A DNA stretch of 64,000 bases. Source: Nitrospirota bacterium (GTDB lineage: Bacteria > Nitrospirota > UBA9217). Shown one piece after another: positions 1-10,121 of the stretch. Positions within the stretch are counted from its first letter, which is position 1, and every line of letters begins with the position of its first letter. The stretch lies in NCBI GenBank assembly GCA_963818475.1, contig CAWFSF010000006.1, positions 1,088,001-1,152,000 on the forward strand, given 5' to 3'. A model generated the notes under the pieces. It did no database searches. It saw only the letters and a list, made by a program, of their open reading frames with translations, and had not been told where the DNA came from. Position numbers and translations under genes: made by a program.

Positions 1-276
1 AACAACTGTGTGCGGTTTCTCGAAATCGATAATCTTCGCAAACAGAGCCGAATAGCGCAGCACCCTGAAAGGAAATTGAAAAGCGTTTCCCTGCTTACCT
101 TGCAAGGTTTTGACGACGATATCGCTGGGAATGCTTGCGCGCAGTGGTCCTGATTCATCCAACACCACGATAAGCGCTTCAAAACGTGTTTTATCAATGC
201 GATTCAGCATTGATAGTGTGAGTTTCTCGCCTCCGCCCATCCTAAAATCGCGCATGAGAAAGAGTATCTTTTTCAC
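1..276 (-). CDS. Glycosyltransferase family 4, N-terminal part (runs off window)
   Basis: Manual translation VKKILFLMRDFRMGGGEKLTLSMLNRID matches the GT4 N-terminal GGxE motif; GTG start overlaps the upstream stop (GTGA). Confidence 0.75.
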   Translation of the reverse strand, partial: MKKILFLMRDFRMGGGEKLTLSMLNRIDKTRFEALIVVLDESGPLRASIPSDIVVKTLQGKQGNAFQFPFRVLRYSALFAKIIDFEKPHTVV

Positions 277-1346
277 CGGTGCCTCAATTTAGATCTTATA
301 ATTTTAAAGCGAGGTTGAATGATTGAATATTTGGCCATGTTAAATAGAAATCTGACTATAAATGCCCCTTTCATTTTGAAATCCGCCCTTGATAATCCTC
401 CTAGTTGCGAGCTACAGAGTAAATACCAGAAAGGGTAAAATATACCGACTGACCTTCGGCATACTGATAAGTATTGTTCCATCAGACAATATTCAAAAAA
501 GGGCGATTTAAAATACTTCACATGCTTATTGGCTTCATATAGTTTACCAAGCCAGTCTTCGGTTTCTTTGATAAAGCTTTCATCGCTTGCGCAAGTAAAC
601 TTCGCCATACTCCTATGTATATTCATTTCTCTCTCTGCAGGTTTAATATTAATCGATTCCAATTGAGTGCGCATAATCTCTCTGACATAAATTTCAATAT
701 TGCTTGAATTAACAAACGAGATACTGTTCGGATGGATTCTGTACTTGACAAGGACTCTTTGTAAATTCCACACACGCGCGTTTCTTGCCACTCTCACCCA
801 TAGATCGTAATCCTCGGCACCGGGATAATATCGGTAATGATCTTCCGGCAGGGCACTTTTTCTGATAATCACTGCAGATTGAGCAAAATAATTATGAAAA
901 ACAAGAAGGGAGGGGATTCTGTCAGGAGGAGCAGTAAATATCTCAAATTTACCAGTCGGTCTGCTCTTCTCATCAATCATTTCTATCCATGCCCCAACCA
1001 TGCCGAAAGAGGGATTCTTATCAAGGAATGCAATCTGCTCCGCAAGCCTGTCGGGATAGGCAATGTCATCACAATCAAGTAAGGCGATGTATTCGCCTCG
1101 AGCATTTTTCAACCCCGTGTTTCTTGCAGCAATCAAACCAAGGTTAGCGCCATTATCGATCAATCTAATCCTTGAATCATTATAGGTTTGAATGATATCG
1201 AGGCTTCTGTCAGTAGAGCCATCATTAACAATCAATAGTTCAAAATCGGCAAAGGTCTGCTGCAATACGCTTTCTATTGCCTCCCGCAGGAATCTTTCGC
1301 CATTATAAACCGGCATAATGACACTTACCCTTGGTCCTATTCGCAT
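273..1346 (-). CDS. Glycosyltransferase family 2
   Basis: VSVIMPVYN, VNDGSTD, LDCDD and EDYDLW GT2 motifs. Confidence 0.92.
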   Translation of the reverse strand: MRIGPRVSVIMPVYNGERFLREAIESVLQQTFADFELLIVNDGSTDRSLDIIQTYNDSRIRLIDNGANLGLIAARNTGLKNARGEYIALLDCDDIAYPDRLAEQIAFLDKNPSFGMVGAWIEMIDEKSRPTGKFEIFTAPPDRIPSLLVFHNYFAQSAVIIRKSALPEDHYRYYPGAEDYDLWVRVARNARVWNLQRVLVKYRIHPNSISFVNSSNIEIYVREIMRTQLESINIKPAEREMNIHRSMAKFTCASDESFIKETEDWLGKLYEANKHVKYFKSPFFEYCLMEQYLSVCRRSVGIFYPFWYLLCSSQLGGLSRADFKMKGAFIVRFLFNMAKYSIIQPRFKIIRSKLRHR

Positions 1347-1499
1347 ATATTATGACCACAGGGGAAAGCTGAGAGAAGGCCCTGCGTCTCAGCTTTTTCC
1401 CAGTTGCAGAATGTTTGCACTATAACGCTCTTCACGGCATGAACCAGATATAATGAGCTATTATAAACAAGGGTTATGACGCTGAACTTTGGGATGCGC

Positions 1500-2393
1500 T
1501 CAAACACTGGATTTTTTTTGCATAGACCGATAGCCGAGATAAAATGCGATCGTATGTAGATAATTGAGAATAAAGAATGTAAACGCCTCTGCCATGCCAA
1601 CCTTTCTGACGTAATCGAACAAAAATCTTCGAACTGAGCTTACGCCTGTAACTGTCCTCAAAAAAGAGCATTTTCGCTGGGGGAATTCCGGCCACTTACT
1701 GAGCAAGATCCCGTATCCTTTCCCATGTACGAAAAACATTCTGATCATGCTTCTTAAAGTAGTTCTGTGGGAGTGGATCACAACAGCATCCCTATCGTAT
1801 TCGAACCGATATCCTTTTTTCAGCATTCGATAACACAACTCGGGATCCTCCCCGCCGGGCCGAAGGAAATCCTCGTCAAAATAGCCCGCCCTGACCACGG
1901 CCTCCTTTGCGAAGAAGGCATTTGCTGTAACCAAATAGGAAATCTCATCGGTCCCCTTCCCAGGGCTCCATACTCCGATGTGGTCGAGATATTTTGTTAC
2001 CAAGGTCACGGTATCGGGAAAAACCTTACCGCCCACCCCGCCTAATTTTTCATCAGGAAAATGTTTAAGGTAGTAATTAACTATGCTTCTATCCACAAAA
2101 CAATCGGAATCGATGCTGAGGAGATATTTACCTCGTGCTTGCCGTATGCCGGCATTTCTGGCGGCTGCTGGCCCCCTGTTTTCCTGATAAACATAGTGCA
2201 TATTGATCTTCGTCCTGTACATCAATCGACGGACAAATTCTCCGGTCCCGTCCTGGGAGCCATCGTCCACAATGATCACCTCATAGTTTTCTACCGGATA
2301 ATCTATCGCCTCAACCGAATGCAAGTTCTTCTCAAGGCTTCTAAGATCATTATAGCTAGGGATAATGATACTCACTTGTATATTCTTATTCAT
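1500..2393 (-). CDS. Glycosyltransferase family 2
   Basis: SIIIPSYN, VDDGSQD, IDSD and GGEDPEL motifs. Confidence 0.92.
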   Translation of the reverse strand: MNKNIQVSIIIPSYNDLRSLEKNLHSVEAIDYPVENYEVIIVDDGSQDGTGEFVRRLMYRTKINMHYVYQENRGPAAARNAGIRQARGKYLLSIDSDCFVDRSIVNYYLKHFPDEKLGGVGGKVFPDTVTLVTKYLDHIGVWSPGKGTDEISYLVTANAFFAKEAVVRAGYFDEDFLRPGGEDPELCYRMLKKGYRFEYDRDAVVIHSHRTTLRSMIRMFFVHGKGYGILLSKWPEFPQRKCSFLRTVTGVSSVRRFLFDYVRKVGMAEAFTFFILNYLHTIAFYLGYRSMQKKSSV

Positions 2394-2429
2394 AAAATAA
2401 TTAAATTGCCCTAGATTCGGGCCATAACT

Positions 2430-3215
2430 TCACTGCACCGCAATTCTAACCAACCGAAGCATAAAAAAATATTTACGTTTAATAGCAACCTGTAATTTCA
2501 TTAGCAAAGGAAGTTGCCTTCTGTGTTTCTCAAGAGTGGCACGAAAACGCGGGCCGCATTGGCCGTTTTGGGTATCTCGTACAGTTTTAGTCCCTTCAAT
2601 CATTCGGTAATTGCCCCAAACTTCATCAAAATACTTGACATGTGCGGCCTGCACCGCCCTAGACAGAAAATCAATATCGAGCGTATAATGTTCATTAATA
2701 TCATAGGGGCCAATTTTATCATGTAGCGACTTGTGATAAAAGTATTGTGATGGATTGATTGGATAAGGGTTGATATTCCAACCCATCATCAGATCGGCTA
2801 TCTTTAACTTTGCAGGTTTGTTTACTTGAGCAATCTTCCCCTCATCATCCCATACATTGCAATTACCAACAAGTAAGGTCGGCTCCGGCAGCGTCTTCAT
2901 CAATTGTCCTATACGGTTCAACACCCTCTCTTCGCAATAATCATCAACATTGAGAAATCCCAGTATTTCTCCATGGGCCATTGCGATACCTTTATTCATC
3001 GCATCAGACTGCCCTTTGTCTTTATCCGAGACCCATCGTATATGCGAATATTCTTTAGCGTATTTTTCTAGTACCTCTACCGTACCGTCGGTAGAGCCGC
3101 CGTCTACGATGATGTGCTCGACATCAGGATAGTGCTGCTCGATTACGTTCTTTATGCAGAATTCCATAAAGCGTACGCCGTTGTAAACTGGAGTTATAAT
3201 ACTAATCATATGCAA
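2430..3215 (-). CDS. Glycosyltransferase family 2 (WfgS/WcaE-like)
   Basis: ISIITPVYN, DGGSTDG, GQSDAMNKG and LNVDD motifs. Confidence 0.9.
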   Translation of the reverse strand: MHMISIITPVYNGVRFMEFCIKNVIEQHYPDVEHIIVDGGSTDGTVEVLEKYAKEYSHIRWVSDKDKGQSDAMNKGIAMAHGEILGFLNVDDYCEERVLNRIGQLMKTLPEPTLLVGNCNVWDDEGKIAQVNKPAKLKIADLMMGWNINPYPINPSQYFYHKSLHDKIGPYDINEHYTLDIDFLSRAVQAAHVKYFDEVWGNYRMIEGTKTVRDTQNGQCGPRFRATLEKHRRQLPLLMKLQVAIKRKYFFMLRLVRIAVQ

Positions 3216-3272
3216 GCCTCATAACGGTACCAGATATGGCTCATCTCGTTATTTATTATCGCTTCTGACACT

Positions 3273-4124
3273 CTAATAATTAATTGGTATTCCATTTTTT
3301 ATTTCAGGTCGTTTTTGAGCAAAATAAACTTTTCTGTGATTTGTCGCAAGCGGCCTTTCAGATAATACGGGGGGGAATAATACATGTTTCCTAACGATAT
3401 CGTCTGGGAAATCATTTTCACTAACCGTCGTCACTGTAAATCCCTCCTTCTCAAGCACAGAGGAGAAACTGTTGCCATAAATTCGTAGGTGGTCATATTG
3501 TCCATACTTTTCTTCTCGTACCAAAGGATCGGTTATCGACTTGTCTTCATATGTCTCCTCTAATCCATCTTTTTGGGGCACAGTTATAATCGCGTAACCC
3601 CAAAATCGCAATACTCGATATATCTCATGTATTGCACTAAAATCGTCCATAACATGTTCTAAAACATCACAAGCAATGACAACATCGACGTTTTCAGACT
3701 TTACTTCCTGCATATTTGTTATGTTCAACTTCAAATCCATATCTCCCCTAAAAAGGTCAGCTGTTATATACACTCTTGCATGTTTCGATATTATAGATTG
3801 CACTGACTTTTCAGGAGCAAAATGAAGCACCACTTTTTCTTTAACAATTTTCTCAAGGGATAAGTTGTCAATACACTTCATTGCTGCTACTAATAATCTG
3901 TGTCTGACTTCTGAATTGCATTTTGGACATATCGTATGAGGATGCCAAGAGTCGCTCAAAAATGATTTTCCACTCCATCCACATAAATTACATTTTACTT
4001 TTTTGGGATATAAAAGGCATATTTTTTCAACTGATAAACGTAATTGTTGAAAGATTCTGTAATTAGAATTCAGAACAGCCGCAGTATAAATCAATATAAT
4101 ATCTTTACCTGGAAACCGTTTCAT
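3273..4124 (-). CDS. Class I SAM-dependent methyltransferase with N-terminal CxxC..CxxC
   Basis: CNLC/CPKC pair, VLHFAPE, DVLEHVMDD, YGQYDHLRIYG; type-11 methyltransferase typical of glycan clusters. Confidence 0.8.
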   Translation of the reverse strand: MKRFPGKDIILIYTAAVLNSNYRIFQQLRLSVEKICLLYPKKVKCNLCGWSGKSFLSDSWHPHTICPKCNSEVRHRLLVAAMKCIDNLSLEKIVKEKVVLHFAPEKSVQSIISKHARVYITADLFRGDMDLKLNITNMQEVKSENVDVVIACDVLEHVMDDFSAIHEIYRVLRFWGYAIITVPQKDGLEETYEDKSITDPLVREEKYGQYDHLRIYGNSFSSVLEKEGFTVTTVSENDFPDDIVRKHVLFPPVLSERPLATNHRKVYFAQKRPEIKNGIPINY

Positions 4125-4151
4125 TATTTATTAGCTCATCATCGTAATGTT

Positions 4152-4958
4152 TTATAATTTACGGCTGCATATTTTGACAGCATCTTCATACAGAATTTTA
4201 GGAAATATTTGTAGTTTGCCTTCAACAGTAGCATCATAAATCTGACGGCCTGCTCTATGATAACTAAATTTTGCAAGCTGATAGGACAATTCAGACGCTT
4301 CTAAATCAGGCACATGCCATTGTTTGTTACTGAAATAGCAGGGATCAAAATGATTTTGATCCTCACCCGACATTAATTGCATTTCATTTGGCTTACCTTT
4401 CGCACTAAAATTGTGGTCAACGCCAATGAGATAAACTTTCGTAAAACCCATATAAAAAGCAATTTGCATGGCCACATATGTTACGGTGTAGCCTTCGAAA
4501 AGAGGTTGAGTTAAGTCCGGACAAAAGGAATACGGAATAGGGCAAATTGTATTTGTAGCAATAGGGTAGATGTGTTCAAAGTATCGGGTCAATTCATGTG
4601 CTGCACCATAAGAAAGGAAAGATGGACACTTCAAAGCTTCAAATTCCCTGATGCTTTGTTCAATGACAAGAGGGTTGACCGCAACATGATAACTGAGGTT
4701 CAAGTCGATCTTGTCAAACATGAGGTAGATCTTATTAAGCCCGAAGGTGTGATAATCTTTGAGCGGTCTCAGGTCAAGTTTATTCAAAGAGGGCCCATTA
4801 CCAATAATGAAACAGTCCTTCCCTTTATGTATATCTTTAAAGTGAACAAGACGTTTTGAATGTTTGTAATACCATTCGCGATATATGGCATTAAAGTGCG
4901 CGCGCCTGTAAACCCTGTCTATCAGTGAGAGCAGAATATGTTTTGTCAATTGATTCAC
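4152..4958 (-). CDS. DUF115/MptE-like (Maf-type) putative CMP-sugar transferase
   Basis: CFIIGNGPSL, FGLNKIY and QIAFYMGFTKVYLIGVDHN motifs. Confidence 0.75.
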   Translation of the reverse strand: MNQLTKHILLSLIDRVYRRAHFNAIYREWYYKHSKRLVHFKDIHKGKDCFIIGNGPSLNKLDLRPLKDYHTFGLNKIYLMFDKIDLNLSYHVAVNPLVIEQSIREFEALKCPSFLSYGAAHELTRYFEHIYPIATNTICPIPYSFCPDLTQPLFEGYTVTYVAMQIAFYMGFTKVYLIGVDHNFSAKGKPNEMQLMSGEDQNHFDPCYFSNKQWHVPDLEASELSYQLAKFSYHRAGRQIYDATVEGKLQIFPKILYEDAVKICSRKL

Positions 4959-4978
4959 TTTTCGTTCTCCAAAACCGA

Positions 4979-5725
4979 TTATTCCGAGCTAAGTTTCGCA
5001 GTTACTCCTCCGTCAACCACGAGAGTCTGCCCCGTTATGAAGGAGGATCGGTCATTATCAGCCAGAAAAAGTATTGCTTGTGCAATCTCGTCAGGTTTAC
5101 CGATTCGTCTCAATGGTGTGCGAAGTGCCAATAAATTCAATTTCTCGGTTAATCCCTCTCCTTGGAGATGGCCGCGATCAAGACCCTCGCGCAGCATGCG
5201 GGTATCTACCGCACCTGGGAGTACCGAGTTTACTCGAATATTGTCGGCAGCAAGTTCTAAAGACATTGCCCTTGTTAAGGCCACTAAGGCTCCCTTGCTT
5301 GCAGCATAAACGGCGATATTTGAGGATGTCGCGACTGCATGTACTGAGCTCACGTTGACAATCGCCCCGGCCTGGCGCATCAAAGAATAGAGAGCGCGAA
5401 CGGCCAAATAAACTGACCGCAAATTGACGGCCATTATCCGGTCCCATTCTTCAAACGTAGTCTCAATTAATGGTTTACAAATTTGGATCGCCGCATTATT
5501 TATTAAGGCATCAACGCGTATTTCTTTTGCTTGCATTTCTTCCAAAATATGTTCCCAGATCTCGGGCATTGAAATATCTCCGCGGATAAAATGATCAACA
5601 TGGGATACGGAGTCTAAGGTGATAGAATCAATGCCTATTACATGCCAGCCTGACTCGGAAAATATCTGTGCCGTTGCTTTGCCTATTCCTCCTGCAACCC
5701 CGGTAATGACCACTATTTTATTCAT
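4979..5725 (-). CDS. SDR family oxidoreductase
   Basis: Own ATG at 5725 overlaps the upstream TGA (ATGA); TGVAGGIG, NNAA and YAASK motifs. Confidence 0.88.
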   Translation of the reverse strand: MNKIVVITGVAGGIGKATAQIFSESGWHVIGIDSITLDSVSHVDHFIRGDISMPEIWEHILEEMQAKEIRVDALINNAAIQICKPLIETTFEEWDRIMAVNLRSVYLAVRALYSLMRQAGAIVNVSSVHAVATSSNIAVYAASKGALVALTRAMSLELAADNIRVNSVLPGAVDTRMLREGLDRGHLQGEGLTEKLNLLALRTPLRRIGKPDEIAQAILFLADNDRSSFITGQTLVVDGGVTAKLSSE

Positions 5726-6667
5726 ACGTCGGATATCCCAAGTCCTTTCAAAAGATTTTGAATGGCCAGCTGGTTTACCCGCATGACTGCCTCGAAGAGT
5801 ATTTGAAGAATTATGCGTGCCGAATATACAGTTGTCGAATTTCCGCAACGGGCTATCTGTCGGTAAAGGCTCTTTTTCGAATACATCCAGTGCAGCCCCG
5901 ACAACCTTGCCCGATCTCAAGGCGTTCAAAAGTGCAGCTTCGTCAATAAGCGCTCCACGGCTTGTGTTCACTATTAATATGCCGCTTTTCATTAATTCGA
6001 ATTCGTGCATGCCCAGCAAATGATGGTTCTCTTTAGTAAGATTGCAGTTCAATGAGATATAATCCGATGTGCGTAACAGCTCATCCAATTGGATGGAACG
6101 CAATCCTGTTTTAGCTATAAAATCCGCGGGTATCTCTCTTGTATCATAGCCCGTGACCTCCATTCCTGAGGCTTTGGCGCGGGACACAACTGCTTTTCCT
6201 ATACTCCCCATTCCTATAATGCCCAAACGTCGTCCTTTCAAAGATCTCCCTTGAATCTGCACCCAACCGCCACTCCGAACCGAGACATCTAATTTCTGAA
6301 GCTGACGCGACAGGAGGATGATATAACCCATTACTACATCTGCCACCTCATCGGCAAACACGTCCGGAGTATTAAAGATTTTAATGCCTAATTTCGCTGC
6401 AGCATCAACGTCAATCGCATCTAAACCAATTCCCCATTTTGCGATCACTTTAAGGCGAACGCCTTTTTCCAGGACTCTCGATGTGAAATGGTCGTCACCA
6501 GCAATCACCCCGTCAAAACGGTCGATCAGTTTTAGTAATTCAGGTTCGGTCAACTGTTGAATCATCTTTGGCGATTCAACTTCAATTCCTTGTTTTGCAA
6601 GCAGATCGGCATACTGGTCTATAGTTTTCTGCAAATGTGGACAGCTGATAAGCACTCGAAAACCCAT
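5722..6667 (-). CDS. D-2-hydroxyacid/phosphoglycerate dehydrogenase family protein (one indel near 5795)
   Basis: GIIGMGSIG, NTSRG, ALDVFEKEP, HNSS motifs; the C-terminus EAVMRVNQLAIQNLLKGL lies in the 5722..5904 frame. Confidence 0.82.
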
Positions 6668-6735
6668 TCTATCTCCTTAATTCTCAACCTCATACTTCTT
6701 CGATCTTTTACCTCATAGAAATGCACTTTTCTCTA

Positions 6736-7365
6736 TTAGCCATCGGTCATCAATATTACTCTGGCCGGCGCCCCTTCTGTTTCGATTATATTCAAGGGCA
6801 GCGCGACAAGGTCATATATGCCTTTTTCCACGTTACCGAGGCATAACCCTTCAAGTATCAGCACATTATTTTGGAGTAATATTTTGTGTGTACGGTTTTC
6901 CTCATCGCCAAAATTCTGAATACTCAAATAATCAATACCAACAAGTTCAATTCCCTTCCGTGCAATCCATTCCGCGCCATCCGCGCTCAAGGCGATAAAG
7001 TCTTTTCTAAACTCTGTTCCCCGAAATAAGGAATTACGCGTTTTAAACAATATCTTATTGCACCCGTCCTGAAGCGTAATCGAATCAAGAAAATCAGCGC
7101 TTATACTTCGCTCACCCATATATTCAACTACCAGCGCTTTGCCGACAAGAGTCATCAAGGGGATTTCACCAGCTCTCGTTCCCGATTCCAAATAATGATA
7201 CGGCACATCCAGGTGTGTACCTGTATGGGTATTAAAAGAGAGGCTGCTTTCGTTCACCCCGTTGTCTTTAATAGTTTTCACCCAGGTAACCCGAAACTTA
7301 TCACTTGTAGGCCAAACAGGGGTGTCCCTCGTCAGCGGCATCGAAATGTCGATTATTTTTTTCAT
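6736..7365 (-). CDS. Cyclase family (kynurenine formamidase-like) metallohydrolase
   Basis: HTGTHLDVPYH, GIDYLS, ILEGL and EGAPAR motifs. Confidence 0.88.
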   Translation of the reverse strand: MKKIIDISMPLTRDTPVWPTSDKFRVTWVKTIKDNGVNESSLSFNTHTGTHLDVPYHYLESGTRAGEIPLMTLVGKALVVEYMGERSISADFLDSITLQDGCNKILFKTRNSLFRGTEFRKDFIALSADGAEWIARKGIELVGIDYLSIQNFGDEENRTHKILLQNNVLILEGLCLGNVEKGIYDLVALPLNIIETEGAPARVILMTDG

Positions 7366-7369
7366 GACG

Positions 7370-8317
7370 TTATTTTATTATTGCGCGACTCTTTTTGTTA
7401 TTAAAGAGAGCCGGCTTCTCAGGATAATAAAATTTGTATCTTAGATCTCCTTGCAGCGGCTTCTTGAAATCATACCCCCGGAAAGTGCCCCAGAACTGAT
7501 AAAACCTCATCGCAGGTATTGCGATCAAATTCTTCAAGAAGACGCCGTCTTGTGCAGCATGAACGTAGTCGCTCAGCGTATTCAAAGTGAAGAGTTTTAT
7601 GAAATCAATAAAAGTGAAAGTTTCATGGGGATAAATAGTTTTCATCGCAAAGGCTTCTCTTTTATACCTTCGGAAAATTTGCGAATAGCATTCGTTATGC
7701 ACATGAATTACGGCGGCATCAGGCACGTAGTATATTGAATATCCATGCGAGATAGCATCCTTGGCCCAGTCAATGTCTTCAAGACCGGTAATGCTCTCAT
7801 TGTATCCATGGTCCCGCCAGACGTCCTTTCTGATTGCAGCATTTGCATTGTTGCAGAAAGAAGATTTTTGCGGACCGCCGCCATCATTTGGAAACCATTT
7901 TGCAAAAATACGGTGCTCCGAGTATTTGGTAGTTTCATTCCCCCGTTGTTTTCCGTAGACAAGCGCCACGTTTTTATCCGAAAAGGGAAAAATTATATTC
8001 GTGAGCCAGTTTTCGTTCTCAGGGTAGCAATGTCCGCTGATGAAGACGCAGTATTGTCCCTGTGCGGCCTCTATCCCTCTGTTTATAGAGGCGCCGAACG
8101 AGAATTGTTCCCGAGTGATATGAATAATCCTCGCCCCGAAGCGCAATGCCAATCTTACCGTATTGTCGGTAGAACCGGAATCAACCACAATAATCTCGAA
8201 AGTAAAAGGGGTCTTCTGGCAGGCAATTCCATGCAACAATCTTTCGATATGCTGTTCCTCGTTATAGACCCTGATAATTATGGAAATCGTGATATTCGTT
8301 TGCATGACCGTGTTCAC
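7370..8317 (-). CDS. Glycosyltransferase family 2 (rhamnosyltransferase-like)
   Basis: SIIIRVYNE, VDSGSTD, FSFGASIN and LEDIDWA motifs. Confidence 0.88.
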   Translation of the reverse strand: MNTVMQTNITISIIIRVYNEEQHIERLLHGIACQKTPFTFEIIVVDSGSTDNTVRLALRFGARIIHITREQFSFGASINRGIEAAQGQYCVFISGHCYPENENWLTNIIFPFSDKNVALVYGKQRGNETTKYSEHRIFAKWFPNDGGGPQKSSFCNNANAAIRKDVWRDHGYNESITGLEDIDWAKDAISHGYSIYYVPDAAVIHVHNECYSQIFRRYKREAFAMKTIYPHETFTFIDFIKLFTLNTLSDYVHAAQDGVFLKNLIAIPAMRFYQFWGTFRGYDFKKPLQGDLRYKFYYPEKPALFNNKKSRAIIK

Positions 8318-9000
8318 ACCTTAGCGTCCGATATTCCCACGAGTTTATAGACGCTTTCCGCGATCCTGAAATCCAGTTCCTCGTCGATGTCCACCGCCTC
8401 TTCGCGGGGGATATCGAACATCAAAGGTTTTTCACCTATCCGCCGCTTCTTCAAAGCAAAGCTACCGCGGCTGAAGACGTACAGACAGGAATTTTCCTCG
8501 TACACCGGGGGAAGGTCCTGGGTTCTTAAAAGTTCGTTGGGGTTGTGGTTTATAGGGATACCCGCTTTGTCATAGAGCCTCGTTTGCAAACGGGTGACTG
8601 AAAAAAGGGAATCGTATCCTTCCGGGAGCGCGTCGAAATATCTTTCGATAGCACGGTCAATGCTACTCGTCGTTAAGAGAGGGTTCGTACTATGGGTCTG
8701 AAGAAAATGGTCTCCCTCAATCCTCCTCAGATCATCCCCAATGATTTCATTCATGGAAACAAAGTCACCCCTGATGCGATCGGGCCGCTCATGGATTATT
8801 ATGGCGTCTTTGAAAAAACGCAGAGCGTCCTCTCTGATCCTATCGCTGTCCGTGTTGATCACTACTTTGGACACGTATCGTGAATGAAGCAAACTCCGCA
8901 TCACGGCGTGATAAAGCGGGTGGCCGCCGAAATTACGCATGTTTTTATTCGGGACCCTTTCGGAATGCCCCTTCATGGGAAGGAGGGCGGTGATCTTCAT
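8314..9000 (-). CDS. Acylneuraminate cytidylyltransferase family (CMP-sugar synthetase)
   Basis: PMKGHSERVPNKN, HSTNPLL, RTQDLP and DIDEELDF motifs. Confidence 0.88.
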   Translation of the reverse strand: MKITALLPMKGHSERVPNKNMRNFGGHPLYHAVMRSLLHSRYVSKVVINTDSDRIREDALRFFKDAIIIHERPDRIRGDFVSMNEIIGDDLRRIEGDHFLQTHSTNPLLTTSSIDRAIERYFDALPEGYDSLFSVTRLQTRLYDKAGIPINHNPNELLRTQDLPPVYEENSCLYVFSRGSFALKKRRIGEKPLMFDIPREEAVDIDEELDFRIAESVYKLVGISDAKV

Positions 9001-9079
9001 CGGTATTACCTTTCTTTCCCCCTGGAAAGTCAGTTTCAACGTGCGTTCTGACGGCCCTATTCTCAGCGGATGGACCTCA

Positions 9080-10096
9080 TTATTTCTTTACCTTAACCAC
9101 ACCGACGGGCTGATATTGTGGGTCCCATTTGCCCCACGGCATTCCGTTGGCGCCGGATTTGTAATAGACAGGCGATAGCCTTTTGTGCAGTTCATTTCCT
9201 TCTTTTTTCAGAGCATCTAAATATACGTCCTTTTGCGAGAAATTGCTCGTTATCCCTTCAGGCAGATGGAAGAGTTTTTTTATGGTCGCTTCGCTATAGC
9301 ACCATCCATTTGAAGGTTCATGAAACCAGTCATCCGAATTGGATGCGCTGACTGTCACGGCGATTCTTCCTGTTTGTTTTGTTACTCTCAGGATCTCATC
9401 GATGCAATTTTCAAAATCCGCGTGCTCGTTATGCTCAAGCGCGGATACAGACACAACACCATCAACAAATCCATCGGGAAGCAGTGGCATATCTTTAAGG
9501 TCGCAGGTGTAAAAAAAAATTCTTCCACAGCTGTCGGTTGCTTCGCCTTCCAGTAAAGGGCAGGGGGGGGCTTTCGGAATAAACCTATTTTTCTCTATCA
9601 GGGCAACAGGGGCACGGCTTCCCTCATTACTTCTCAATAACGTCTTCAGCCGTGATACTGTGCCGCCTACATATGCGGCGTTCAGATGTCTTGTATAACG
9701 ATTGACAAACGTCTTTTTTCGACTGTTCAGATAATGAGTAACCCGGCCGTAGCGTTTCTTTGTCTCAGCAGGAATGCCGCGGTCCACGAAATCAGCACTT
9801 ATGACGTTATATCCCAGTTCCGAAAGTATGAACTGCAAAAGCCCGCTTCCTGCACCTGCATCAAGGATAAGACTCCCTCTTGGCAGAGTGTTCCTCACAT
9901 CTCTGATAATCCATGCAAGGTCGAGGTAATAGTGCCATCCCAGATCGGTGTTTAAAAAATGTTTTTGGATTTGTTCGATGATTCCGATCTCCTCCTTATG
10001 GGTATCAAACAAGTCCAGGCTCAGAATTTCGATCTTTTCTAATGCGTCCTGACTCATAGTAGGGCTCTTATGGAGTTTCTCAATAACGTGCGCCAT
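9080..10096 (-). CDS. Class I SAM-dependent methyltransferase
   Basis: ILDAGAGSG motif I; VSALEHN. Confidence 0.8.
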   Translation of the reverse strand: MAHVIEKLHKSPTMSQDALEKIEILSLDLFDTHKEEIGIIEQIQKHFLNTDLGWHYYLDLAWIIRDVRNTLPRGSLILDAGAGSGLLQFILSELGYNVISADFVDRGIPAETKKRYGRVTHYLNSRKKTFVNRYTRHLNAAYVGGTVSRLKTLLRSNEGSRAPVALIEKNRFIPKAPPCPLLEGEATDSCGRIFFYTCDLKDMPLLPDGFVDGVVSVSALEHNEHADFENCIDEILRVTKQTGRIAVTVSASNSDDWFHEPSNGWCYSEATIKKLFHLPEGITSNFSQKDVYLDALKKEGNELHKRLSPVYYKSGANGMPWGKWDPQYQPVGVVKVKK

Positions 10097-10121
10097 AATT
10101 TCAAAAATGGAGAAAATGGAA

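Noticed and set aside
4979-6667. 562-aa PGDH-SDR fusion protein
   Set aside because: An indel near 5795 creates it; the natural PGDH C-terminus is in another frame and ends in a TGA overlapping the SDR ATG.
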